A DNA stretch of 64,000 nt. Source: Antedon mediterranea. Its lineage: Eukaryota > Animalia > Echinodermata. Position numbers and translations under genes: made by a program. The DNA lies in contig NC_092678.1 in assembly GCF_964355755.1 (NCBI RefSeq), positions 10,848,352 through 10,912,351 of the forward strand, given 5' to 3'. The notes under the pieces were generated by a model that saw only the letters and a program-made list of their open reading frames with translations, ran no database searches and had not been told where the DNA came from. Below are positions 28,301-41,520 of the stretch, one piece after another (the first letter of the stretch is position 1; each line of letters starts with the position of its first letter).

Positions 28301-31300
28301 AAGTTTTTTCGAAAATCACAAAATGGTCTAAAACGTCTCAAAATGCGATTTGAAGGTATTCTGAGCACTTTGGTGTTTTTGTGTGAAAAGTTTTAACGAA
28401 ATGCTCAAAATGGTCTAAAACGGTTTCTAATGTGATTTTAACCACTTTGATGTTTTTGTGTAACCAAGTTCTTTTCGAAAATCACAAAATGGTCTAAAAC
28501 GTCTCCAAATGCGATTTGAAGCTCTTCTGTACACTTTGATGTTTTGTGTGAAAAAGTTTTGTCGAAATGCTCAAAATGGTCTAAAACGTTTTTAAATACG
28601 ATATTAAGCTGTTTTGTGCACTTTGATGATTTGTGTGAAAAGTTTTAACGAAATGCTCAAAATAGTCTATAACGGTTTCTAATGTGATTTTAAGCACTTT
28701 GATGTTTTTGTGTAATCAAGTTTTTTTGGAAATCACAAAATGGTCTAAAACGTCTCCAAATGCGATTTGAAGCTTTTCTAAGCACTTTGGTGTTTTTATG
28801 TTAACAAGTTTTTTCGAAAATCACAAAATGGTCTAAAACGTCTCAAAATGCGATTTGAAGGTATTCTGAGCACTTTGGTGTTTTTGTGTGAAAAGTTTTA
28901 ACGAAATGCTCAAAATGGTCTAAAACGGTTTCTAATGTGATTTTAACCACTTTGATGTTTTTGTGTAACCAAGTTTTTTCGAAAATCACAAAATGGTCTA
29001 AAACGTCTCCAAATGCGATTTGAAGCTATTCTGTACACTTTGATGTTTTGTGTGAAAAAAGTTTTGTCGAAATGCTCAAAATGGTCTAAAACGTTTTTAA
29101 AACGATATTAAGCTATTTTATGCTCTTTGATGTTTTTGTGTAACCAAGTTTTTTCGAAAATCACAAAATTGTCTAAAACGTCTCCGAATGCGATTTGAAG
29201 CTCTTCTGTACACTTTGATGTTTTGTGTGAAAAAGTTTTCTCGAAATGCTAAAAATGGTATAAAAACGTTTTCCAATACCATATTAAGCTATTTTGTGCA
29301 ATTTGATGTTTTTGTGTAACCAAGTTTTTTCGAAAATCACAAAATTGTCTAAAACGTCTCCGAATGCGATTTGAAGCTCTTCTGTACACTTTGATGTTTT
29401 GTGTGAAAAAGTTTTCTCGAAATGCTAAAAATGGTCTAAAACGTTTTCCAATACCATATTAAGCTATTTTGTGCAATTTGATGTTTTTGTGTAACAAAGT
29501 TTTTTCGAAAATCACAAAATGGTCTAAAACGTCTCCAAATGCGATTTGAAGATATTCTGAGCACTTTGGTGTTTTTATGTTAAAAAGTTTTTTGGAAAAT
29601 CACAAAATGGTCTAAAACGACTCCAAATGCGATTTGAAGCTATCCTGTACACTTTGATGTTTTGTGTGAAAAAGTTTTGTCGAAATGCTCAAAATGATCT
29701 AAAACGTTTTTAAAACGATATTAAGCTATTTTGTGCTCTTTGATGTTTTTGTGTATCCAAGTTTTATCGAAATGAACAAAATGGTCTAAAACGTCTCCAA
29801 ATGCGATTTGAAGGTATTCTGAGCACTTTGGTGTTTTTGTGTGAAAAGTTTTAACGAAATGCTCAAAATGGTCTAAAACGGTTTCTAATGTGATTTTAAC
29901 CACTTTGATGTTTTTGTGTAACCAAGTTCTTTTCGAAAATCACAAAATGGTCTAAAACGTCTCCAAATGCGATTTGAAGCTTTTCTAAGCACTTTGGTGT
30001 TTTTATGTTAAAAAGTTTTTTCGAAAATCACAAAATGGTCTAAAACATCTCCAAATGCGATTTGAAGCTCTTCTGTACACTTTGATGTTTTGTGTGAAAA
30101 AGTTTTGTCGAAATTCTCAAAATGGTCTAAAACGTTTTTAAATACGATATTAAGCTGTTTTGTGCACTTTGATGATTTGTGTGAAAAGTTTTAACGAAAT
30201 GTTCAAAATAGTCTAAAACGGTTTCTAATGTGATTTTAAGCACTTTGATGTTTTTGTGTAACCAAGTTTTTTCGGAAATCACAAAATGGTCTAAAACGTC
30301 TCAAAATGCGATTTGAAGCTTTTCTAAGCACTTTGGTGTTTTTATGTTAACAAGTTTTTTCGAAAATCACAAAATGGTCTAAAACGTCTCAAAATGCGAT
30401 TGAAGGTATTCTGAGCACTTTGGTGTTTTTGTGTGAAAAGTTTTAACGAAATGCTCAAAATGGTCTAAAACGGTTCTAATGTGATTTTAAGCACTTTGAT
30501 GTTTTTGTATAACCAAGTTTCATCGAAATGCTCAAAATGATGTAAAACGTTTTTAAAACGATATTAAGCTATTTTGTGCTCTTTGATGTTTTTGTGTAAC
30601 CAAGTTTTTTCGAAAATCACAAAATGGTCTAAAACGTCTCCAAATGCGATTTGAAGCTTTTCTAAGCACTTTGGTGTTTTTATGTTAACAAGTTGTTTCG
30701 AAAATCACAAAATGGTCTAAAACGTCTCAAAATGCGATTTGAAGGTATTCTGAGCACTTTGGTGTTTTTGTGTGAAAAGTTTTAACGAAATGCTCAAAAT
30801 GGTCTAAAACGGTTTCTAATGTGATTTTAACCACTTTGATGTTTTTGTGTAACCAAGTTTTTTCGAAAATCACAAAATGGTCTAAAACGTCTCCAAATGC
30901 GATTTGAAGCTTTTCTAAGCACTTTGGTGTTTTTATGTTAACAAGTTTTTTCGAAAATCACAAAATGGTCTAAAACGTCTCAAATAGCGATTTGAAGCTA
31001 TTCTGTACACTTTGATGTTTTGTGTGAAAAAAGTTTTGTCGAAATGCTCAAAATGGTCTAAAACGTTTTTAAAACGATATTAAGCTATTTTGTGCTCTTT
31101 GATGTTTTTGTGTAACCAAGTTTTATCGAAATGAACAAAATGGTCTAAAACGTCTCCAAATGCGATTTGAAGCTTTTCCAAGCACTTTGCTGTTTTTATG
31201 TTAACAAGTTTTTTCGAAAATCACAAAATGGTCTAAAACATCTCCAAATGCGATTTGAAGATATTCTGAGCACTTTGGTGTTTTTATGTTAAAAAGTTTT

Positions 31301-32130
31301 TTCGAAAATCACAAAATGGTCTAAAACGTCTCCAAATGCGATTTGAAGCTCTTCTGTACACTTTGATGTTTTGTGTGAAAAAGTTTTGTCAAAATGCTCA
31401 AAATGGTCTAAAACGTTTTTAAAACGATATTAAGCTATTTTGTGCTCTTTGATGTTTTTGTATAACCAAGTTTTTTCGAAAATCACAAAATGGTCTAAAA
31501 CGTCTCCAAATGCGATTTGAAGATATTCTGAGCACTTTGGTGTTTTTATGTTAAAAAGTTTTTTCGAAAATCACAAAATGGTCTAAAACGTCTCCAAATG
31601 CGATTTGAAGATATTCTGAGCACTTTGGTGTTTTTATGTTAAAAAGTTTTTTCGAAAATCACAAAATGGTCTAAAACGTCTCCAAATGCGATTTGAAGCT
31701 ATTCTATACACTTTGATGTTTTGTGTTAAAAAGTTTTGTCGAAATGCTCAAAATGGTTTAAAACGTTTTTAAAACGATATTAAGCTATTTTGTGCTCTTT
31801 GATGTTTTTGTGTAACCAAGTTTCATCGAAATGAACAAAATGGTCTAAAACGTCTCCAAATGCGATTTGAAGCTTTTCCAAGCACTTTGCTGTTTTTATG
31901 TTAACAAGTTTTTTCGAAAATCACAAAATTGTCTAAAACGTCTCAAAATGCGATTTGAAGGTATTCTGAGCACTTTGGTGTTTTTGTGTGAAAAGTTTTA
32001 ACGAAAAGCTCAAAATGGTCTAAAACGGTTCTAATGTGATTTTAAGCACTTTGATGTTTTTGTACAACCAAGTTTCATCGAAATGCTCAAAATGGTCTAA
32101 AACGTTTTTAAAACGATATTAAGCTATTTT
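13300..32130 (+). repeat. Large block duplication, period ~10.1-10.3 kb (about 13300-22000 vs 23600-32130); its first ~2.5 kb has a third copy at about 230-2750
   Basis: Lines 16681 and 26821 are identical (offset 10140). Pseudo-ORF pairs 19583/29721 (offset 10138), 14076/24379 (10303) and 1010/14076 (13066). Shared private variants GATATTGAGC, TAACAGG, GTACCCTT, CTCAAATAGCG. Confidence 0.85.
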
Positions 32131-35100
32131 TTGCTCTTTGATGTTTTTGTGTAACCAAGTTTTATCGAAATGAACAAAATGGTCTAAAACGTCTCCAAAT
32201 GCGATTTGAAGCTTTTCCAAGCACTTTGCTGTTTTTATGTTAACAAGTTTTTTCGAAAATCACAAAATGGTCTAAAACGTCTCAAAATGCGATTTGAAGG
32301 TATTCTGAGCACTTTGGTGTTTTTGTGTGAAAAGTTTTAACGAAATGCTCAAAATTATCTAAAACGGTTTCTAATGTGATTTTAAGCACTTTGATGTTTT
32401 TGTAAAACCAAGTTTCATCGAAATGAACAAAATGGTCTAAAATGTCTCCAAATGCGATTTGAAGCTTTTCCAAGCACTTTGCTGTTTTTATGTTAACAAG
32501 CTTTTTCGAAAATCACAAAATGGTCTAAAACGTCTCCAAATGCGATTTGAAGATATTCTGAGCACTTTGGTGTTTTTATGTTAAAAAGTTTTTTCGAAAA
32601 TCACAAAATGGTCTAAAACGTCTCCAAATGCGATTTGAAGATATTCTAAGCACTTTGGTGTTTTTATGTTAACAAGTTTTTTCGAAAATCACAAAATGGT
32701 CTAAAACGTCTCCAAATGCGATTTGAAGATATTCTGAGCACTTTGGTGTTTTTCTGTTAAAAAGTATTTTCGAAAATCACAAAATGGTCTAAAACGTCTC
32801 CAAATGCAATTTGAAGCTATTCTGTACACTTTGATGTTTTGTGTGAAAAAGTTTTGTCAAAATGCTCAAAATGGTCTAAAACGTTTTTAAAACGATATTA
32901 AGCTATTTTGTGCTCTTTGATGTTTTTGTATAACCAAGTTTTTTCGAAAATCACAAAATGGTCTAAAACGTCTCCAAATGCGATTTGAAGCTTTTCTAAA
33001 CACTTTGGTGTTTTTATGTTAACAAGTTTTTTCGAAAATCACAAAATGGTCTAAAACGTCTCCAAATCCGATTTGAAGCTATTCTGTACACTTTGATGTT
33101 TTGTGTGAAAAAGTTTTGTCGAAATGCTCAAAATGGTCTAAAACGTTTTTAAAACGATATTAAGCTATTTTGTGCTCTTTGATGTTTTTGTGTAACCAAG
33201 TTTCATCGATATGAACAAAATGGTCTAAAACGTCTCAAAATGCGATTTGAAGGTATTCTGAGCACTTTGGTGTTTTTGGGTGAAAAGTTTTAACGAAATG
33301 CTCAAAATGGTCTAAAACGGTTTCTAATGTGATTTTAAGCACTTTGAAGTATTTGTAAAAACAAGTTTCATCGAAATGCACAAAATAGTCTAAAACGTCT
33401 CCAAATGCGATTTGAAGCTTTTCTAAGCACTTTGGTGTTTTTATGTTAACAAGTTTTTTCGAAAATCACAAAATGGTCTAAAACGTCTCCAAATGCGATT
33501 TGAAGCTCTTCTGTACACTTTGATGTTTTGTGTGAAAAAGTTTAGTCGAAATGCTCAAAATGGTCTAAAACGTTTTTAAAACGATATTAAGCTATTTTGT
33601 GCTCTTTGATGTTTTTGTGTAACCAAGTTTCATCGAAATGAACAAAATGGTCTAAAACGTCTCCAAATGCGATTTGAAGCTTTTCTAAGCACTTTGGTGT
33701 TTTTATGTTAACAAGTTTTTTCGAAAATCACAAAATGGTCTAAAACGTCTCCAAATGCGATTTGAAGATATTCTGAGCACTTTGCTGTTTTTATGTTAAC
33801 AAGTTTTTTCGAAAATCACAAAATGGTCTAAAACGTCTCAAAATGCTATTTGAAGGTATTCTGAGCACTTTGGTGTTTTTGTGTGAAAAGTTTTAACGAA
33901 ATGCTCAAAATGGTCTAAAACGGTTCTAATGTGATTTTAAACACTTTGATGTTTTGTGTGAAAAAGTTTTGTCAAAATGCTCAAAATGGTCTAAAACGTT
34001 TTTAAAACGATATTAAGCTATTTTGTGCTCTTTGATGTTTTTGTATAACCAAGTTTTTTCGAAAATCACAAAATGGTCTAAAACGTCTCCAAATGCGATT
34101 TGAAGATATTCTGAGCACTTTGGTGTTTTTATGTTAAAAAGTTTTTTCGAAAATCATAAAATGGTCTAAAACGTCTCCAAATGCGATTTGAAGATATTCT
34201 GAGCACTTTGGTGTTTTTCTGTTAAAAAGTATTTTCGAAAATCACAAAATGGTCTAAAACGTCTCCAAATGCAATTTGAAGCTATTCTGTACACTTTGAT
34301 GTTTTGTGTGAAAAAGTTTTGTCAAAATGCTCAAAATGGTCTAAAACGTTTTTAAAACGATATTAAGCTATTTTGTGCTCTTTGATGTTTTTGTATAACC
34401 AAGTTTTTTCGAAAATCACAAAATGGTCTAAAACGTCTCCAAATGCGATTTGAAGCTTTTCTAAACACTTTGGTGTTTTTATGTTAACAAGTTTTTTCGA
34501 AAATCACAAAATGGTCTAAAACGTCTCCAAATCCGATTTGAAGCTATTCTGTACACTTTGATGTTTTGTGTGAAAAAGTTTTGTCGAAATGCTCAAAATG
34601 GTCTAAAACGTTTTTAAAACGATATTAAGCTATTTTGTGCTCTTTGATGTTTTTGTGTAACCAAGTTTCATCGATATGAACAAAATGGTCTAAAACGTCT
34701 CAAAATGCGATTTGAAGGTATTCTGAGCACTTTGGTGTTTTTGGGTGAAAAGTTTTAACGAAATGCTCAAAATGGTCTAAAACGGTTTCTAATGTGATTT
34801 TAAGCACTTTGAAGTATTTGTAAAAACAAGTTTCATCGAAATGCACAAAATAGTCTAAAACGTCTCCAAATGCGATTTGAAGCTTTTCTAAGCACTTTGG
34901 TGTTTTTATGTTAACAAGTTTTTTCGAAAATCACAAAATGGTCTAAAACGTCTCCAAATGCGATTTGAAGATATTCTGAGCACTTTGGTGTTTTTATGTT
35001 AAAAAGTATTTTCGAAAATCACAAAATGGTCTAAAACGTCTCCAAATGCGATTTGAAGCTCTTCTGTACACTTTGATGTTTTGTGTGAAAAAGTTTAGTC

Positions 35101-37519
35101 GAAATGCTCAAAATGGTCTAAAACGTTTTTAAAACGATATTAAGCTATTTTGTGCTCTTTGATGTTTTTGTGTAACCAAGTTTCATCGAAATGAACAAAA
35201 TGGTCTAAAACGTCTCCAAATGCGATTTGAAGCTTTTCTAAGCACTTTGGTGTTTTTATGTTAACAAGTTTTTTCGAAAATCACAAAATGGTCTAAAACG
35301 TCTCCAAATGCGATTTGAAGATATTCTGAGCACTTTGGTGTTTTTATGTTAAAAAGTATTTTCGAAAATCACAAAATGGTCTAAAACGTCTCCAAATGCG
35401 ATTTGAAGCTCTTCTGTACACTTTGATGTTTTGTGTGAAAAAGTTTAGTCGAAATGCTCAAAATGGTCTAAAACGTTTTTAAAACGATATTAAGCTATTT
35501 TGTGCTCTTTGATGTTTTTGTGTAACCAAGTTTCATCGAAAATCACAAAATGGTCTAAAACGTCTCCAAATGCGATTTGAAGATATTCAGAGCACTTTGG
35601 TGTTTTTATGTTAACAAGTTTTTTCGAAAATCACAAAATGGTCTAAAACGTCTCCAAATGCGATTTGAAGATATTCTGAGCACTTTGGTGTTTTTATGTT
35701 AAAAAGTTTTTTCGAAAATCACAAAATGGTCTAAAACGTCTCCAAATGCGATTTGAAGCTATTCTATACACTTTGATGTTTTGTGTTAAAAAGTTTTGTC
35801 GAAATGCTCAAAATGGTTTAAAACGTTTTTAAAACGATATTAAGCTATTTTGTGCTCTTTGATGTTTTTGTGTAACCAAGTTTCATCGAAATGAACAAAA
35901 TGGTCTAAAACGTCTCCAAATGCGATTTGAAGCTTTTCCAAGCACTTTGCTGTTTTTATGTTAACAAGTTTTTTCGAAAATCACAAAATTGTCTAAAACG
36001 TCTCAAAATGCGATTTGAAGGTATTCTGAGCACTTTGGTGTTTTTGTGTGAAAAGTTTTAACGAAAAGCTCAAAATGGTCTAAAACGGTTCTAATGTGAT
36101 TTTAAGCACTTTGATGTTTTTGTACAACCAAGTTTCATCGAAATGCTCAAAATGGTCTAAAACGTTTTTAAAACGATATTAAGCTATTTTGTGCTCTTTG
36201 ATGTTTTTGTGTAACCAAGTTTTTTCGAAAATCACAAAATGGTCTAAAACGTCTCCAAATGCGATTTGAAGCTTTTCTAAGCACTTTGGTGTTTTTATGT
36301 TAACAAGTTTTTTCGAAAATCACAAAATGGTCTAAAACGTCTCAAAATGCGATTTGAAGGTATTCTGAGCACTTTGGTGTTTTTGTGTGAAAAGTTTTAA
36401 CGAAATGCTCAAAATGGTCTAAAACGGTTTCTAATGTGATTTTAACCACTTTGATGTTTTTGTGTAACCAAGTTCTTTTCGAAAATCACAAAATGGTCTA
36501 AAACGTCTCCAAATGCGATTTGAAGCTTTTCTAAGCACTTTGGTGTTTTTATGTTAACAAGTTTTTTCGAAAATCACAAAATGGTCTAAAACGTCTCAAA
36601 ATGCGATTTGAAGGTATTCTGAGCACTTTGGTGTTTTTGTGTGAAAAGTTTTAACGAAATGCTCAAAATGGTCTAAAACGGTTTCTAATGTGATTTTAAC
36701 AACTTTGATGTTTTTGTGTAACCAAGTTTTTTCGAAAATCACAAAATGGTCTAAAACGTCTCCAAATGCGATTTGAAGCTTTTCTAAGCACTTTGGTGTT
36801 TTTATGTTAACAAGTTTTTTCGAAAATCACAAAATGGTCTAAAACGTCTCCAAATGCAATTTGAAGATATTCTGAGCACTTTGGTGTTTTTCTGTTAAAA
36901 AGTATTTTCGAAAATCACAAAATGGTCTAAAACGTCTCCAAATGCAATTTGAAGCTATTCTGTACACTTTGATGTTTTGTGTGAAAAAGTTTTGTCAAAA
37001 TGCTCAAAATGGTCTAAAACGTTTTTAAAACGATATTAAGCTATTTTGTGCTCTTTGATGTTTTTGTATAACCAAGTTTTTTCGAAAATCACAAAATGGT
37101 CTAAAACGTCTCCAAATGCGATTTGAAGCTTTTCTAAACACTTTGGTGTTTTTATGTTAACAAGTTTTTTCGAAAGTCACAAAATGGTCTAAAACGTCTC
37201 CAAATCCGATTTGAAGCTATTCTGTACACTTTGATGTTTTGTGTGAAAAAGTTTTGTCGAAATGCTCAAAATGGTCTAAAACGTTTTTAAAACGATATTA
37301 AGCTATTTTGTGCTCTTTGATGTTTTTGTGTAACCAAGTTTCATCGATATGAACAAAATGGTCTAAAACGTCTCAAAATGCGATTTGAAGGTATTCTGAG
37401 CACTTTGGTGTTTTTGGGTGAAAAGTTTTAACGAAATGCTCAAAATGGTCTAAAACGGTTTCTAATGTGATTTTAAGCACTTTGAAGTATTTGTAAAAAC
37501 AAGTTTCATCGAAATGCAC

Positions 37520-40500
37520 AAAATAGTCTAAAACGTCTCCAAATGCGATTTGAAGCTTTTCTAAGCACTTTGGTGTTTTTATGTTAACAAGTTTTTTCGA
37601 AAATCACAAAATGGTCTAAAACGTCTCCAAATGCGATTTGAAGATATTCTGAGCACTTTGGTGTTTTTATGTTAAAAAGTATTTTCGAAAATCACAAAAT
37701 GGTCTAAAACGTCTCCAAATGCGATTTGAAGCTCTTCTGTACACTTTGATGTTTTGTGTGAAAAAGTTTAGTCGAAATGCTCAAAATGGTCTAAAACGTT
37801 TTTAAAACGATATTAAGCTATTTTGTGCTCTTTGATGTTTTTGTGTAACCAAGTTTCATCGAAATGAACAAAATGGTCTAAAACGTCTCCAAATGCGATT
37901 TGAAGCTTTTCTAAGCACTTTGGTGTTTTTATGTTAACAAGTTTTTTCGAAAATCACAAAATGGTCTAAAACGTCTCCAAATGCGATTTGAAGATATTCT
38001 GAGCACTTTGCTGTTTTTATGTTAACAAGTTTTTTCGAAAATCACAAAATGGTCTAAAACGTCTCAAAATGCTATTTGAAGGTATTCTGAGCACTTTGGT
38101 GTTTTTGTGTGAAAAGTTTTAACGAAATGCTCAAAATGGTCTAAAACGGTTCTAATGTGATTTTAAACACTTTGATGTTTTGTGTGAAAAAGTTTTGTCA
38201 AAATGCTCAAAATGGTCTAAAACGTTTTTAAAACGATATTAAGCTATTTTGTGCTCTTTGATGTTTTTGTATAACCAAGTTTTTTCGAAAATCACAAAAT
38301 GGTCTAAAACGTCTCCAAATGCGATTTGAAGATATTCTGAGCACTTTGGTGTTTTTATGTTAAAAAGTTTTTTCGAAAATCACAAAATGGTCTAAAACGT
38401 CTCCAAATGCGATTTGAAGATATTCTGAGCACTTTGGTGTTTTTATGTTAAAAAGTTTTTTCGAAAATCACAAAATGGTCTAAAACGTCTCCAAATGCGA
38501 TTTGAAGCTATTCTATACACTTTGATGTTTTGTGTTAAAAAGTTTTGTGGAAATGCTCAAAATGGTTTAAAACGTTTTTAAAACGATATTAAGCTATTTT
38601 GTGCTCTTTGATGTTTTTGTGTAACCAAGTTTCATCGAAATGAACAAAATGGTCTAAAACGTCTCCAAATGCGATTTGAAGCTTTTCCAAGCACTTTGCT
38701 GTTTTTATGTTAACAAGTTTTTTCGAAAATCACAAAATTGTCTAAAACGTCTCAAAATGCGATTTGAAGGTATTCTGAGCACTTTGGTGTTTTTGTGTGA
38801 AAAGTTTTAACGAAAAGCTCAAAATGGTCTAAAACGGTTCTAATGTGATTTTAAGCACTTTGATGTTTTTGTACAACCAAGTTTCATCGAAATGCTCAAA
38901 ATGGTCTAAAACGTTTTTAAAACGATATTAAGCTATTTTGTGCTCTTTGATGTTTTTGTGTAACCAAGTTTTTTCGAAAATCACAAAATGGTCTAAAACG
39001 TCTCCAAATGCGATTTGAAGCTTTTCTAAGCACTTTGGTGTTTTTATGTTAACAAGTTTTTTCGAAAATCACAAAATGGTCTAAAACGTCTCAAAATGCG
39101 ATTTGAAGGTATTCTGAGCACTTTGGTGTTTTTGTGTGAAAAGTTTTAACGAAATGCTCAAAATGGTCTAAAACGGTTTCTAATGTGATTTTAACCACTT
39201 TGATGTTTTTGTGTAACCAAGTTCTTTTCGAAAATCACAAAATGGTATAAAACGTCTCCAAATGCGATTTGAAGCTTTTCTAAGCACTTTGGTGTTTTTA
39301 TGTTAACAAGTTTTTTCGAAAATCACAAAATGGTCTAAAACGTCTCAAAATGCGATTTGAAGGTATTCTGAGCACTTTGGTGTTTTTGTGTGAAAAGTTT
39401 TAACGAAATGCTCAAAATGGTCTAAAACGGTTTCTAATGTGATTTTAACCACTTTGATGTTTTTGTGTAACCAAGTTTTTTCGAAATTCACAAAATGGTC
39501 TAAAACGTCTCCAAATGCGATTTGAAGCTTTTCTAAGCACTTTGGTGTTTTTATGTTAACAAGTTTTTTCGAAAATCACAAAATGGTCTAAAACGTCTCC
39601 AAATGCGATTTGAAGATATTCTGAGCACTTTGGTGTTTTTATGTTAAAAAGTATTTTCGAAAATCACAAAATGGTCTAAAACGTCTCCAAATGCGATTTG
39701 AAGCTCTTCTGTACACTTTGATGTTTTGTGTGAAAAAGTTTAGTCGAAATGCTCAAAATGGTCTAAAACGTTTTTAAAACGATATTAAGCTATTTTGTGC
39801 TCTTTGATGTTTTTGTGTAACCAAGTTTCATCGAAATGAACAAAATGGTCTAAAACGTCTCCAAATGCGATTTGAAGCTTTTCTAAGCACTTTGGTGTTT
39901 TTATGTTAACAAGTTTTTTCGAAAATCACAAAATGGTCTAAAACGTCTCCAAATGCGATTTGAAGATATTCTGAGCACTTTGCTGTTTTTATGTTAACAA
40001 GTTTTTTCGAAAATCACAAAATGGTCTAAAACGTCTCAAAATGCTATTTGAAGGTATTCTGAGCACTTTGGTGTTTTTGTGTGAAAAGTTTTAACGAAAT
40101 GCTCAAAATGGTCTAAAACGGTTCTAATGTGATTTTAAACACTTTGATGTTTTGTGTGAAAAAGTTTTGTCAAAATGCTCAAAATGGTCTAAAACGTTTT
40201 TAAAACGATATTAAGCTATTTTGTGCTCTTTGATGTTTTTGTATAACCAAGTTTTTTCGAAAATCACAAAATGGTCTAAAACGTCTCCAAATGCGATTTG
40301 AAGATATTCTGAGCACTTTGGTGTTTTTATGTTAAAAAGTTTTTTCGAAAATCACAAAATGGTCTAAAACGTCTCCAAATGCGATTTGAAGATATTCTGA
40401 GCACTTTGGTGTTTTTATGTTAAAAAGTTTTTTCGAAAATCACAAAATGGTCTAAAACGTCTCCAAATGCGATTTGAAGCTATTCTATACACTTTGATGT

Positions 40501-41520
40501 TTTGTGTTAAAAAGTTTTGTGGAAATGCTCAAAATGGTTTAAAACGTTTTTAAAACGATATTAAGCTATTTTGTGCTCTTTGATGTTTTTGTGTAACCAA
40601 GTTTCATCGAAATGAACAAAATGGTCTAAAACGTCTCCAAATGCGATTTGAAGCTTTTCCAAGCACTTTGCTGTTTTTATGTTAACAAGTTTTTTCGAAA
40701 ATCACAAAATTGTCTAAAACGTCTCAAAATGCGATTTGAAGGTATTCTGAGCACTTTGGTGTTTTTGTGTGAAAAGTTTTAACGAAAAGCTCAAAATGGT
40801 CTAAAACGGTTCTAATGTGATTTTAAGCACTTTGATGTTTTTGTACAACCAAGTTTCATCGAAATGCTCAAAATGGTCTAAAACGTTTTTAAAACGATAT
40901 TAAGCTATTTTGTGCTCTTTGATGTTTTTGTGTAACCAAGTTTTTTCGAAAATCACAAAATGGTCTAAAACGTCTCCAAATGCGATTTGAAGCTTTTCTA
41001 AGCACTTTGGTGTTTTTATGTTAACAAGTTTTTTCGAAAATCACAAAATGGTCTAAAACGTCTCAAAATGCGATTTGAAGGTATTCTGAGCACTTTGGTG
41101 TTTTTGTGTGAAAAGTTTTAACGAAATGCTCAAAATGGTCTAAAACGGTTTCTAATGTGATTTTAACCACTTTGATGTTTTTGTGTAACCAAGTTCTTTT
41201 CGAAAATCACAAAATGGTATAAAACGTCTCCAAATGCGATTTGAAGCTTTTCTAAGCACTTTGGTGTTTTTATGTTAACAAGTTTTTTCGAAAATCACAA
41301 AATGGTCTAAAACGTCTCAAAATGCGATTTGAAGGTATTCTGAGCACTTTGGTGTTTTTGTGTGAAAAGTTTTAACGAAATGCTCAAAATGGTCTAAAAC
41401 GGTTTCTAATGTGATTTTAACCACTTTGATGTTTTTGTGTAACCAAGTTTTTTCGAAAATCACAAAATGGTCTAAAACGTCTCCAAATGCGATTTGAAGC
41501 TTTTCTAAGCACTTTGGTGT
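37520..41520 (+). repeat. Recent tandem duplication, period 1972 bp (edges approximate)
   Basis: Private variants TTTTGTGGAAAT (GG at 38549 and 40521) and AATGGTATAA (39241 and 41213), both at offset 1972. Confidence 0.85.
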